Below are positions 36,654-49,750 of a DNA stretch of 64,000 nucleotides, piece by piece. This DNA is from Octopus vulgaris. Its lineage: Eukaryota. The stretch covers positions 15,996,001-16,060,000 of the forward strand of contig OX597822.1 in the NCBI GenBank assembly GCA_951406725.2, read 5' to 3'. The number at the start of each line of letters is the position of its first letter. Within the stretch, counting starts at the first letter, position 1. The position numbers and the translations under genes are program-made. Below the pieces are notes generated by a model, which ran no database searches, had not been told where the DNA came from, and was given only the letters and a program-made list of their open reading frames with translations.

Positions 36654-37505
36654 AGAGATGATAGTTTCGGGCAGATTTCTACTACATCAGCTCCTACTGG
36701 TGTCTGTACACCATTGTATGTTCTTTTCCGTTGTTGTGGGAATACAAAATATTTCCGGTTTTGTATTACGTTAATTTGTTTTGTTCTGGGGTTTTGTGGC
36801 AGTCTTTTGTTGTATTAGTGTTTGTATTGTGTGCTGTGTGTAATGCAAGTTTTGGGGTGTTTGTTTATTTTATTGGTTATTTACTGAATAGAGTGTTTTT
36901 GTGTCTGTGGATTGTTTCGTTTGGGTTGTATTATTGAACTGATAGTGTCTTACGCACGATGTGTGCTGTTCCTAACAGGGCTATTTCTTAGATAGTGTAT
37001 AGTGCTGGGGGTCCTAAGTTTTTGTTCATACATTTTTTATCATACCCACTACTCCAGTTTTTACGGGAATTATGTAAACCTTCATGCCCCAAATCTTGAA
37101 TACTTCAGTTTGCGGTTTGTACGTTAAATTATTTTGGGCAATATTTTGGTAAGAAAGTACAGCAATATCTATCAGTAAGCAGTTATTGTTTTTCTTCGAA
37201 TCCATGACTGTCAATGTCAGAGCGATTGGTTTATTTTTTTGTCAGTTTGAACACGAATATCTCAGACGATTGCGGCGTGATCGTTGTCATGATCCTTATA
37301 TGGAACATGTTTATACGATTTCTTGTCAGATTTGATATTGTAGTATTAGCATATTGCGCAATCGTTAATTGATCATATCATTATATATGGGATGATGTGG
37401 TCAACTGTCTCAGTGCTTCTTGCACAGTCTGCATTTGTGGCTAGGGTCTGTTGTCATTATATTCATTTTAGAATTTTCTGTAGTGAGACACTGGTCTTCC
37501 TAGAA
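36652..37505 (-). mobile_element. Degraded R4/Dong-type RLE LINE 3' portion between two (TTA)n arrays
   Basis: Minus-strand pieces: C..C.STETVDHI, KNNNCLLIDIAV, IWGMKVYIIPVKTGVVG and ALLGTAHIVRKTL, a zinc knuckle plus RLE C-terminus. Confidence 0.75.
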
Positions 37506-37507
37506 AG

Positions 37508-37587
<80 letters not shown>

Positions 37588-37589
<2 letters not shown>

Positions 37590-37980
37590 GGCGGAGGGCT
37601 GATAAAATCGTGAGCATGCCAGGCGAAATGCCCAGCGGTATTTCGTTACGTTCTGAGTTCAAATTCCGCCGAGGTCGACTTTGCCTTTCATCCTTTCGGG
37701 GTCGATTAAATTAAGTACCAGTTACGCACTGGGGTCGATGTAATCGGCTTAAGACATATGTCTGTCCTTGTTTGTCCCTTCTATGTTTAGCCCCTTGTGG
37801 GTAATAAAGAAATAGGTATTTCGTTTGCTGTGACGTTCTCAGTTCAAGTTCCTCCGAGGTCGAACTTGTCTTTCACCCTTTCGGGATCGATGAAATAAGT
37901 ACCAATTACGCACTGCAGTCGATGTGATCGACTAGCCCGGTTCCCCCAAAAGTTTTCCAAGCATTGTGCTCGCAGTTGAA
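37588..37980 (+). mobile_element. Full-length SINE family C copy followed by a second, diverged partial copy
   Basis: GGCGGAGGGCTGATAAAATCGTGAGCATGCC...GAGTTCAAATTCCGCCGAGGTCGACTTTGCC...AATAAAGAAATA, then the core repeats at 37816-37935. Confidence 0.88.
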
Positions 37981-37994
37981 TTGATAATTATTAT

Positions 37995-38600
37995 TATTTC
38001 TCTTTATCACAGGTTTTGTTGCCACACTTGGATTCTTGCATGCTTGCTACCTGCAGCCCACGGTACTATGTTATCCGTTCTTTTTAACTATCTAATACTT
38101 GCCTAGTTATTCTGGCCGCGTCAAGGAGGCACATCTTTTCTAACAGTTCTACATGGCACACTAGTCCAATTTCCTTTATATTCCTCTTGATGACTTGTGA
38201 TACTGTTTCCAAGGACATAACAATTATTGGTACTATCTTCACCTTCTTCATTTCCATAGCCGGGCTATTTCATACTTAAGAGTGTTATATTTATGTATTT
38301 TTTCGCCTTCCTTCTTGATTGTTCGTGGGTCAAAGGAGCACGCAACGTCAACTGTATAGCACCTGTGGTGCATCTTGTTGACCATTACTAGGTCCGGTCT
38401 GTTATACTCTAGTACTTGATCTGTTTGGTTTTGGGAGACCCAGAGGATTTTGCTAGTTTCCCAGTCCGCCACTCTCTGCTGTTTGTGCACTTTTCGCAGT
38501 TTCCAATGTAGCACTTTCGTTACCTGATCGTGTCGCCACAACTTGTAGTGGTTTGGGACAAGTCTAGGGCATTTTTTCGTGATATGGGCAATGGTTTCAT
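37995..38600 (-). mobile_element. R4/Dong-type RLE LINE 3' fragment
   Basis: ETIAHITKKCPRL...YK.WRHDQV...KILW...NRPDLVMV...VDVAC.FD...KYNTLKYEIARLW; the 3' end abuts (TTA)n. Confidence 0.88.
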
Positions 38601-38646
38601 CCATGTGTGTGTGTGTGTGTGTGTGTGCGTGCATGTGTGTGTGTAT

Positions 38647-38691
<45 letters not shown>

Positions 38692-39210
38692 GATATGCGC
38701 CTGAGAGTGATGGAGACTCCTTTCGATATGAACATAAACTAAAGTAATAATCTCTATCTTACTTATTGTAAATGCATCGCTCAAAGGCAAATTATTCGTC
38801 CAGAGATGACGAGTCCTACGGATATTCCTATGTTTAAAAATACAAAATGTATCATATATTATGAAAAAACGTCATTTTTTTCATTATTTGCATGCTTTAA
38901 ATACGAATATGGTGTCCTCATCCATCTTCTTTATTACGTTTTTACCACCCTACTTATCGTAAAATATAATTCAAATTCCTCAGAAAAATATGTAAACGTA
39001 AGCTATTTTCAATAGACAGCCCTGAAGAGATCTGGACCAAGTAGGTTATACCGGATTATGTGCCTAGGGGCACATAATAACTTTAAAAGTGTGTACTATA
39101 TGGCGTGAGAATTATATATATATATGTCTGTGTGTGTGTGTGTGTGTGTATGTGTGTGTGTGTGTGTGTATGTGTGTGTGTGTGTGTGCGTGTGTGTGTG
39201 TGTGTGCGTG

Positions 39211-39412
39211 TTTGTCACCCCGTCACCGATTGATAACCGGTGCTTGTGTGTTCACGCCTCCGTAACCTAGCGGTTCGGCAAAGCTGACTGATGGAATAAG
39301 TACTAAGCTTTAAAAAGCTAAATCCTGGTATCGGTTTGTTTGACTGAAACCTTTCAAGGTTGTGCTCCATCATGGCCACAGTCATATGACTGAAACAAGT
39401 AAAATGATAAAA
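39211..39412 (+). mobile_element. SINE family A 3' half
   Basis: CCGTAACCTAGCGGTTCGGCAAA...AATAAGTACTAAGC...GCTCCATCATGGCCACAGTCATATGACTGAAACAAGTAAAA. Confidence 0.8.
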
Positions 39413-39652
39413 GAAGAAAAGAATAATATGCACACTGCAATGTGCATACAACAGAGAAGCACAGATTTATAAATAATATATTATCACGCTGCTTTTCAAT
39501 TATAAATCGTTGGAATAATCGCAAACGTGAAACACATATAATATATGTTATCATCCAGAACATTACAGATGCTGAATAAATAAACAACCTGTTTTCTGTT
39601 GTTCGTTTTTAATAGAAAAAATTTACCGACAAATAAACACAGACACACATAC

Positions 39653-39700
<48 letters not shown>

Positions 39701-39727
39701 GTGTCGAATGCGTGTGTGTCTGTCTGC

Positions 39728-39801
<74 letters not shown>

Positions 39802-40316
39802 CCATTTATGACTATGTGTTTATATTAAGACGAGAATAAACCTCGTATGTCTGCAAGCCTGCGGTGTCTTACTAACATTACATAGAAGTATACGGCTTTA
39901 AAGTTATACTTACATCTTGCAAGATGTTCATTTGTCATCGTATCACCTGCAGTTATGACACATTTCATTTGGCCAGGAGACTGTCTGTCTAGCAAGAATT
40001 ACGCATACTACCACACACGACCGCAGACCTTTTGTCTCCATTCTCCTCTAAACGGCTGAACATGAAATAGGTAAACATTAGATAAATATAAGAGTGTGTT
40101 CTTGTACGTATGTCTATGAATGTCTCTATGCCAAAGACAGGCTACAAAACTTCATTTATACGTTTCTTGAAAAGCTTAGATGACACTACAAAATATATTT
40201 CTAATATAGCGTCGCTTAGATCTAGATTTAGTTGGTTGCACATATTCATATCTTCATACACTCACGCACAACCACGCATTAATATATGTATATATGTATA
40301 TGTGTGTGTGTGTGTG

Positions 40317-40815
40317 TATCAAAATATCAAAATAAGCAACAAGGATATCGAGAGGTAATGCAGTACGATCGTTTCAAGCAACTCCATTTAATTGAACAAT
40401 GCAACCATTACATCACTTTAAATGCAAAGCAATCCTCAGCTCCATAAGGACATAGAATTTAATTGAATTAAAGCAGATGGACACATTAGTATAATTTTAC
40501 CTAAAATCTTTAAGAAGTTAAGGAAATAGGCAAATAACATGCTGCCTTGGATATTTTAGGTAAAATTATTCTAATGTCTCCATCTGTTTTAATTTAATTA
40601 AATTCTATATTCTTATGCAGCTGAGGATTGCTCAGCATTTAAATTGATGTAATGGTTGCATTGTTCAATTAAATGGAGTTGCTTGAAACGATCGTACTGC
40701 ATTACCTCTCGATATCCTTCTTGCATATTTTGATTTTAATCACCTTACTTTGAAATTGTATGGATAATAACGTACTAAATTCTGGTGCCTCAACTTAAGT
40801 ACCATAGTCATTTGA

Positions 40816-40820
<5 letters not shown>
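40317..40820. mobile_element. ~500-bp internally deleted fold-back member of the 33436-34676 family
   Basis: Arms 40322-40510 and 40553-40738 are reverse complements around a ~40-bp loop. Same tail, followed by (TA)n. Confidence 0.85.
40615..40702 (+). ncRNA. Type I hammerhead-like motif with extended stem II
   Basis: ATGCAG-CTGAGGA(40621)-57 nt-GAAAC(40685) GATC GTA-CTGCAT: 6-bp stem I, intact cores, palindromic stem III ACGATCGT. Confidence 0.7.
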
Positions 40821-40875
<55 letters not shown>

Positions 40876-41049
40876 TGGTGCCTCAACTTAAGTACCATAT
40901 TCATCTGAATGTATATATATATATATATATATATACATTCAGATGAATATGGTACTTAAGTTGAGGCACCGGAATTTAGTACGTTATTATCCATACAATA
41001 ACGTACAATGTATATATGTATAAGAATGAAAAGGAACACACGAGTTGAT

Positions 41050-41532
41050 ATATATGAAAAAATAAGTCAGGATAGAAAATGCTAAAATCATTTTATAAAG
41101 AGCATTTCAGTACCAGTTTCAGTTATCGAGACCTTTTCAACTGTAACAATTAAGTAAGTAAATTTAGAAAAATTAAAAGAAAAGTTTTTTTAAAAGAATA
41201 TTTGTATAGTGTTCAAATATAAGTGGCATTTTCCTTGCTTCTGCCTGTCTCTGTCTCTCTTGTTTACTCTTGTGGGTTCGAGATCATTGTGAATTCTTGG
41301 TAGGGAAGAAGGAGGAGGAGGAGGAGAAGGAGAGGAAGAAGACGAAGAATTTGGGAGTGCCATGACTGTAGTATTTTGAATGGTCAGTGGAGGCTAGCAG
41401 TTGCTGTTCAATTCCTGAAAATATTTCTATTGAATGTTCTGTTTATAGAACTTGCGTAGGTGTTATACTAAAAAAACATTAGTGATAAAGTTAGGAAGGA
41501 GAAGAGGGGAGAAGAAGAAGAAGAAGAAGAAG

Positions 41533-41564
<32 letters not shown>

Positions 41565-42505
41565 GAAGAGGAAGAAGAAGAAAATGATGAAGAAGAAGAA
41601 AGAGAAGGGAGAATAAGAATGAAAGTAGTGAGGTGTTGAATGATTTAAAGTTGGCACGTTATGGATTATAGCAGTGATTGGGGTTGTTTTTTAATGGATT
41701 CTAAGGAATGTAATAGGCCGAGGTGGATATGTCGTAGACGCGTTCAGAAGGGGCCTGTATTTTGTAATAAAGAGAGTTTCTTTACTAATTCGTTGGCTCC
41801 AGACCCAATTGTGGGATATGCGATTATCTAATTGAGGGATCAGAATTCTCCTTCAAACAGGGTCAACGCTTCACAGTGAAAAGCAGCTTCACATGTGCTT
41901 CGGAGAACCTGATACATACATTAACCTGCTCTGGGTGTCAAGAGCAATACATAGGCCAAACAAAAAATAATTTACGTAAAAGAATGGCCCTGCACAGATC
42001 CCAGATAAAAATTCCCAAAAACAAAAAAATAGCATTCAGCCAACACATAGATATTTGCACCAACAACAAAACTCCAAGCTTCAGGATTTTCCCCTCAACC
42101 AATTCAGGGACGATACAACCTGGAGCCAACGAATTAGTAAAGAAACTCTCTTTATTACAAAATACAGGCCCCTTATGAACGCGTCTACGACAAACGACAT
42201 ATCCACCTCGACCTTAGAATAACACAAATACACATGCGAATATTACATTCCTAAGATTCCATTAAAAAATAGCCCCAATCACTGCTATAATCCATAACGT
42301 GCCAACTTTAAGTCATTCTACACCTCACTACTTTCACTCATTCTTCTTCTCCCTTCTCTTTCTTCTTCTTCTTCTTCTTCTTCTTCTTCTTCTTCTTCTT
42401 CTTCTTCTTCTTCTTCTTCTTCTTCTTCATCATCCTCATCATCATCTTCTTCTTCTTCTAAAGTTATTTTAACATTTTCTATCCTGACTTATTTTTTCAT
42501 ATATA
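41050..42505 (+). mobile_element. Penelope-like element with GIY-YIG fragment and inverted 3' copy (inverted pseudo-LTR)
   Basis: ORF 41876-42178: FTCASENLIHTLTCSGCQEQYIGQTKNNLRKRMALHRSQI. 41490-41802 is the reverse complement of 42120-42400, and the outer ends 41050-41092 and 42462-42505 are also inverted. Confidence 0.88.
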
Positions 42506-42617
42506 TATATATATATATATATATGACAAATAAGAAAAATAAGGCAAATAAGGTAAATTCTGGGTTTGTTTTACCCCCACTCACATCTATTATTCAATTG
42601 CAATAACTGACATAGAC

Positions 42618-42652
<35 letters not shown>

Positions 42653-42757
42653 CATATAAACATAAATACATATATCTGCATTCGTTTATATACATACATA
42701 CAAGCGTAAGTTGGTGTTTTCTGATCCTATTATTACATTGTTCACAACTAAAATTGC

Positions 42758-42831
<74 letters not shown>

Positions 42832-44799
42832 TAAAACTGCCTTCATCACAAGAATTGTCATTATAATCATTATCATAGCTATGTCATTACCACCACCACC
42901 ACCACCACCACCACAACAACAATAACAACAACAACCATAATCATCATCCTTCCCGTTACCACTGTCGTCGCCATCGTTATAATCATTAACATTAAGAGAC
43001 TATGCATCAGATTATTACTTTTCAGATATTGGTAACATCTCAGACACGGTGTGTCAATGTTATGTCAGTAATTTGATGTTGACTGCTTCGAAATGAGAAT
43101 AAAATGATTTCCAATTTAAGAATCATCCGTAAAAGTTTGCCACGATTATTTCAACCTTCTCCGTAGTATGAGTGTTTCAACAAAGAGATGGCTAAAAATA
43201 AAAATATATATATCTTTCTTAACGATCGTGCCTGATAACCATAACGGATCAATAATTTTGGATGAACTGATCTGACAATATTTTATGACCACGTATCGAT
43301 AGTTTATTGCCAGTTTCCGATAAAGTGTCATTTTCCATAATTCAAAGGTGGTTTCAGACACCGTAATATATCAAACAAGAAGGCTATTATTAATTTGAAA
43401 ACAAACCCATGAAAATACTGCAGATCAATTTCACTGAATCTATAAAATTGATAATGAAAATCAAGTTTCAATATGTGGTACAAATAAATTTATTTGAAAT
43501 ATATTTCCATTGGGGTTAATTACAAGAAAAAAATGACAGTCTGAGTCATAAAATGATTATAACAAGATTATATTTGTTTCTCTATACATTCTCACAAAAA
43601 CTCATATTTTGTAGTATATAATGTATTTTTACGTGCTAATCACAAAGTGGACACTTCATCCAAAATTCACATCAAAACCGTATGTAATGAGAAAATCGAG
43701 TATTACTTTATATCATAGCTATTTGTGTGAAATAACCTTATTGTTATTGATAAAATCTTTAATGTTTATGGAAAAAGAACACGTATACTTAATACTGATT
43801 ATCAAATGCCTTTCAACGGGAAAAAAACCGACATGATGTGACACAAATATATAAGTATATACAATTTATAAAAGTATTTTTACTGCTTTTTACTTCCGAG
43901 CTTGTAACCATTTCTTCTATTGCGTGGCTAAACTAATCAAATACAGAAATATTAATTTCAAATGATCTGAGCGAATATTAGTTTCTATATTTTTTTTACA
44001 CGCATATATATATACACCATTTCCTTCGTGAATGAAGTTTGCACAATTGTTTTCAAATGCTAATAACTGATTCAAAATATATCGTCTTAGAAATTCAAAG
44101 TGTTTGCAATATATAATATATCAACTACTCAGTCACGAAATTATTTAATATCAAAAACTAATCGTATGAACGCCTGAAAGAAAAAGAGTCACGATCTGGT
44201 AAAAAGAAAGTTTATGCGGTAGCTACCGTTAACGTTGAAATGTAACCTGGACAAAACGTCCGACCCAACTTAACTGATTGTATAAAATTACAATTTTTAA
44301 AATTGATGCACTGGAGCAGCAACTTGAAAATTACTCGCCTTAATTAATATGAAAACATTGTCCCATAATTGTCTATTATTTGCTTATGCTTGTATAGTTT
44401 AATTATACGGTTGTTTCCGAAACTAGAAATATATCTAATATCTATTTACCATAAATTAATGGGTTCATTCAGTCACAAACTATTTGATGTTTTATTGATG
44501 TTGCACAAAAACAGAAAGAAAAATAACGTACATTTTGTGTGAGGTGCACAACTGAATTATTACAAGATTTACGAGTTCACTTTGTGATATGACAACTGAA
44601 CTGTTTCAAACAACAATGTAACATGACTAGGAAGAAAATGTGATATTTCACAATTTGAGCGTTTGTGAAATATCACACAGGCAAAAGAATATTGTTCAGA
44701 AAATAACTAATCGAGAAAGTAATTGTCTATAAAATATAAGCATGAATAATTATTGCAAGTCAAAGAAACGGATGATGATATATAGCCATGGCTGTGGCT

Positions 44800-45230
44800 T
44801 TCAACCATTACGCTCCGGAATCAGCTCCACATAGTAAGTCCCTTCTACTATAAGCGCGGGAATTTGCAGGTTTTTTGACAGACATGGCATTGAAACTGTT
44901 CATCGGGAATGAAATTCCAATAGTTCATGTCTACCTTACCCACCAGAGCGGCGCTAGTGCCATCTAATATCTGTGTGAGATATGTACACCTTTGTGTATG
45001 TAGGACATTTAATGAAGGAACCAAGAAACGCAACGCTCAGCATTAATATCATTTTTACAAACCTTTCATTTCTGCATGCTTTATTCTGCCAAGCTTAAAA
45101 TCTTTAACACTGCTCAGATCGAAGCTCTCCATGCGTTCCTATCCGTCACAAGTGATTCCAGGCTTTTATAACATAATTCAAGGCATTTCAAATGGGATTT
45201 TAACGTGTCTTTGTATCCTTTCTTCAGCTT
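44800..45230 (-). mobile_element. Old RTE/BovB-type LINE 3' remnant
   Basis: Minus strand: QDTLKSHLKCLELCYKSLESLVTDRNAWRASI (DR..WR motif), then FQCHVCQKTC zinc-finger-like terminus. Confidence 0.6.
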
Positions 45231-46477
45231 ACTACTATGTGTGTCTGTCTGTCTGTCTGTGTCTGTGTGTTCACGCGCTCATTTATATGTGCCTGTCGTT
45301 GTGTTTGACCCAACGTGCACAATACACCGGTGTTGATTTGCTTCATAACATAGCGGTTCGGCTAAAAGCCTTGTAGAAAAAATAGCAGACTTAAGAAGTA
45401 AATTGTGAGATCAATTTGTCCAAACAACCCTTTCAAGACTGCACTACTGACCAATAACTGAGACAGGGTATCATATCATAGATTATATATACCCTAGAGT
45501 CAAATGAAGAGTTTACTTTAAAGAAAATATGTGTGTGTGTTGTGTGTGTGTCTGTGTGTGTGTGTGTGTGTGTTGTGTGTGTGTGTGTGTTGTGTGTGTT
45601 GTGTGTGTGTGTATATGTGTGTGTGTTGTGTGAGTGTGTGTGTGTGTGTGTATGTGTGTGTGCACATACTTTAAGGATTACATCTCATGTAAAAATACGA
45701 GAATAATATAGAAATATATATGTTCTTTTTACTCTTTGATAATGATTGCTCAACGCAACAAGAATAAACTTGGAGCTGCTTATTCGCAGTACTTCCAGCA
45801 AGAATATAAACACAGAATATATTAACTTGTTTTGCTAATTGAAAAATAGAAAGGGATCTTCTTAAACACAGAGATATAACGATCACATTATTATTGATTC
45901 TGGTTTATATTAAAATCCTGAAAATAAGTGTATATCATATTTATGACGGTTCCTAATATTCTTTCAATTTCGGGATTTGAAACCAGTAATGGCCCCTTTT
46001 GTCGAAAGAAATTTAACACTTTTCTATTTCAGCAATGTGTGTGTGTGTTTCAATGTATTTATATATGTATTGTGTGTCTATGTGTGTTTCGACCACTCGG
46101 TTTAGCCTGCACGATAAGAGTTATCAGGAAATGGGTTGCCAAGGCAATTCTCTTTATTGTGATTGCAATTCATCGCTTCTTAGGAAATGCCAAATAGAAA
46201 AACGTAACCGATGGAGTATAAAGAGAAGAGGACATTTTATAGTGAAATTATATTAGTTTTTGTGCTTAAACATAATTTTAGTTTAACAATCATTTCTAAA
46301 TTAAATTCAGAATAAATTGGCAGGAAACGAAAAACGCTACATTTAATTCAATCTATTTGGAATCCAACGCCGATGATTCGTTTGGCAGGGAACTTAAATT
46401 TAAATGTATCTCCTATATCACATAATTCAATATTTACTTATTTTCTTTCATACGAAGGATACAAAACTATCTGTATG

Positions 46478-46588
<111 letters not shown>

Positions 46589-46609
46589 ATATATATATAT
46601 GTAAATATA

Positions 46610-46642
<33 letters not shown>

Positions 46643-46737
46643 GTATATACTTTATATATGTTATAAGTATATACTATATACATATATGTTTATAATTATA
46701 CGTATATTATATATATATATGTGTGTACATATATATA

Positions 46738-46974
46738 TGTTGTGAGTGTTTATTGAGCGAAAACACCTAAAGCTCAATGAGGCTCCGGCAGGGGGTGGTG
46801 GCGATCCCTGCTGTGCTCTTTCGCCACAACTTTCTCTCATTCTTTCTTCTGTAGGCCTGCTCGCTTAGCCAGCGGGGTGGCGTCATTTGAAGGCTAAAAC
46901 AATGCGAAGCGCATTGTGACCAGCGGTGTGTAGCAACATCTGATAGACTGGTCGGTCACGGTGATCACGGTGAT
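46738..46974 (+). mobile_element. Headless SINE with family-B body and bipartite RTE-derived tail
   Basis: Body matches the reverse complement of 9285-9390. 46854-46901 matches LINE 10369-10416 and 46915-46974 matches LINE 13243-13303. Confidence 0.85.
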
Positions 46975-47433
46975 ATATATATATATATATATATATTGAC
47001 TTCATGTCAACCTGTTCTAATGTTGTCCCTTAGTACGTACACACGCCTATATATTTGGGGTTTTGTGTAGGTAAACGAGCAGTGCAGATTAAAGGCACTC
47101 TCCCTAATGTAGTTATATATATGTGTGTGGTGTGCATAAAGAGATGCATATTGATAAACAAGCTTTGAGTTATTTATAGACATATTTATAAATGTTTAAA
47201 TATATGAAACTTATCCATGTATCTCTAATACATATTTTTCCTGAAAGATTATAGATATATATATATATATATATGTGCATGTGTATATGTATACATTTAC
47301 ATACAGACGCGCTCACGAACATACGTACACTTATATATAAACATACGTAAAGGCACATATATACATATCCATCCACCTTACATACATATACGCATACATA
47401 CATACACACACAAACACATACACATATACACGC

Positions 47434-47467
<34 letters not shown>

Positions 47468-47929
47468 ACACACACATACACACACACACACACACGTAAA
47501 TGTTGAAATAACGTGATTATTTTAAAACAGTTATTTTTAATAATAAAACTGCAACTTTTATTGATGTTGTGGTTTGTATATTGAGAATAGTTTAAAATTT
47601 ACTGCAAAGTTCGATTTGCTTGGGATTGCCACTTCCGCTTATTGATTTGTTCAACTAGCGGAGAAGAGTTTGCCTTCTGTTTTATCGGCTCCGAAGTAAT
47701 AAAATCTTCATTGACGGAATTTGAACTCAGAGCGTAAAGAGCCGGGGAAAATGCAGTTAGCTGTGATGACCATCGCGCTAGTCATTCAGACAATTTGTCA
47801 TCTAAATAATAATGATTTCGAATTTTGGTAGAACGGCAGCAGTTTCGAGGGAGGGAGTAAGTTGCTTGTGATTAACTTTCTCCTTCCCCCAAAGTTTCAG
47901 GCCTCGGAGTAAGGATTATCATTATCATT

Positions 47930-48125
47930 AAGGCAGCGAGTGGGCAGAATCGTTAGCACGCCGAGCGAAATATCTTTACATTCTGAATTCAAATTCCACC
48001 GAAGTCAACTATGCTTCTTATCTTATATCGGTCGATTAAATAAGTACCAGTTATGCACTGGGATCGATGTAATCGACTTAATCCCTTCACCCTAATTTGA
48101 GGCACAAGGCCTCAAATTTGGGTGA
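47930..48125 (+). mobile_element. SINE family C copy
   Basis: GGCAGCGAGTGGGCAGAATCGTTAGCACGCCG...TTCAAATTCC...GTCGATTAAATAAGTACCAGTT...GATCGATGTAATCGACTTAATCC. Confidence 0.8.
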
Positions 48126-48149
48126 AATGATTATTATTATTATTATTAT

Positions 48150-48300
48150 ATAAACATCAGAAGCTCCAAACACCAAACTTCGTAGGAGGTTTCCGGGTGA
48201 CATCAGTATTTGGAATAGCTCACGTCGTGAGAAAAGTGCTGCTTCTCCAGTCTGCGGAATGGAACTGTGGCGTGACACAGACAATCCAGGAGAAGATAAG
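48150..48300 (+). mobile_element. Tiny remnant of an RLE LINE 3' end
   Basis: Translation SVFGIAHVVRKVL resembles the RLE terminus LGTAHILRKVL; it follows a short (TTA)n. Confidence 0.45.
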
Positions 48301-49750
48301 ATGATAGATAACATTAAAATACATGATTTTACACGAATATTGGCCAAGCAATGTTCAATTCAAGTGAGCTTTAATGAGTACCAACAGAAACATTTGTGAA
48401 GAAAAGAAACAGTAAATGCAAGCATGTTTGTATCTGCGATTGTAAAGTTCTGAAAATCTATTTTTGAGCCGAATTTTGAGCAAAATGACTAATTTTATAT
48501 TATCCTCCTCAAGCTGAATCAAGCTTGTGATATTTTAAAAATATGAATTGAAAAATTAAAATATCAGAATGAAAGAGAAAATTATACGTGTTAAGTATTT
48601 GTTTGCATATAATGTCTGTTATTAAATTACCAAAACCTGTAAATAATATTTGAAGTGTGTTATATAGAAATATACATATAATGTCAATAGTATTGTGAAG
48701 CTTATACCTTGAACCTTTGCACTTAAATTCACTAAAAGAACATGTTATGGATAGATTTTAGATGGCCTTACACGTATTACATTTTTTATCCTTTTATGCG
48801 AGAAAAGTTTTTGTACTATATTGTGTTCGTCCACTGTTGGATGCATGCATTTTTGTTCTGTTTTACAAGTTTTCTTGTTAATATAATCTTATATTCCACA
48901 GTGGTTGTGCATCTGATTCACACAATACTATTCACGTGCTGATATTCCATATGCCTCTTTTTTTTGATATCTCATTTGCAGTATATTTATGTATTTTTCT
49001 ATGAATTGGTCTATTAGTTGTACTACTACTGTTCATTAGTGACTATTTTATGCAGTATTTCAATTGAAGAAAACTTACTAAATGATCTTTTAGACAGATA
49101 CTCTGCCACTGATAAATTTATTGTTCAACGTCAGTGTTGAAGTGCAGAGATTTCTTTCGTTATTCCTTTCTGTTATTTTTTCTTATTTCTTTTTATTATT
49201 TTTATTACAGACGATATCTATTTTTAACTAAAAATTTGTCCAGAAATGGGGATTATATCACTGAAACTTCATACATAATCTATAACGGCTATTGAATTGT
49301 AGTCTGAACATCATAGCTTCTTTTAATCTCTCTTCATTTTGCCGAGTGTCCTCCTTCAGAACATTATTACTAATACAAATTGTGTTTATTGTATGATCAA
49401 GATTATTATTACTACAGCGGCCAAGGAGAATGAAGGAGGTAACCTAACAAATAAACCAGAATAAACCATTTTGGTTTAGACACTTCGCTGTGCCATCAAT
49501 GAAAGATTTCTGGTTTTCTCAAACACTAATTTATACGCGACGCGGATATAATTCTCAGTAAATTAGCCTGTATAAAATGATGGTATTATCATATTTGCGC
49601 AAGAAATATCTGGTATGAAGTGGGAAAACCTGAAAATGGTTATGTATAAAGCCAGAAAGTTGAATTTTTGACATGATCTCTTTAAGAGTGTTACTTTCTC
49701 AATGCTTACAGTAAAAGAAACCCTAATTTTTATTAGATATGTACTATATA

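Noticed and set aside
39914-40056. Minus-strand exon-like segment with a good acceptor and a GTAAG donor
   Set aside because: Stops in all three frames from the main acceptor and no supporting neighbours, so a coding exon cannot be supported.
44848-45033. C2H2 zinc-finger gene exon (FQCHVCQKTC)
   Set aside because: Lacks the His pair and is colinear with upstream RTE-like DR..WR sequence, so it is read as a LINE remnant.
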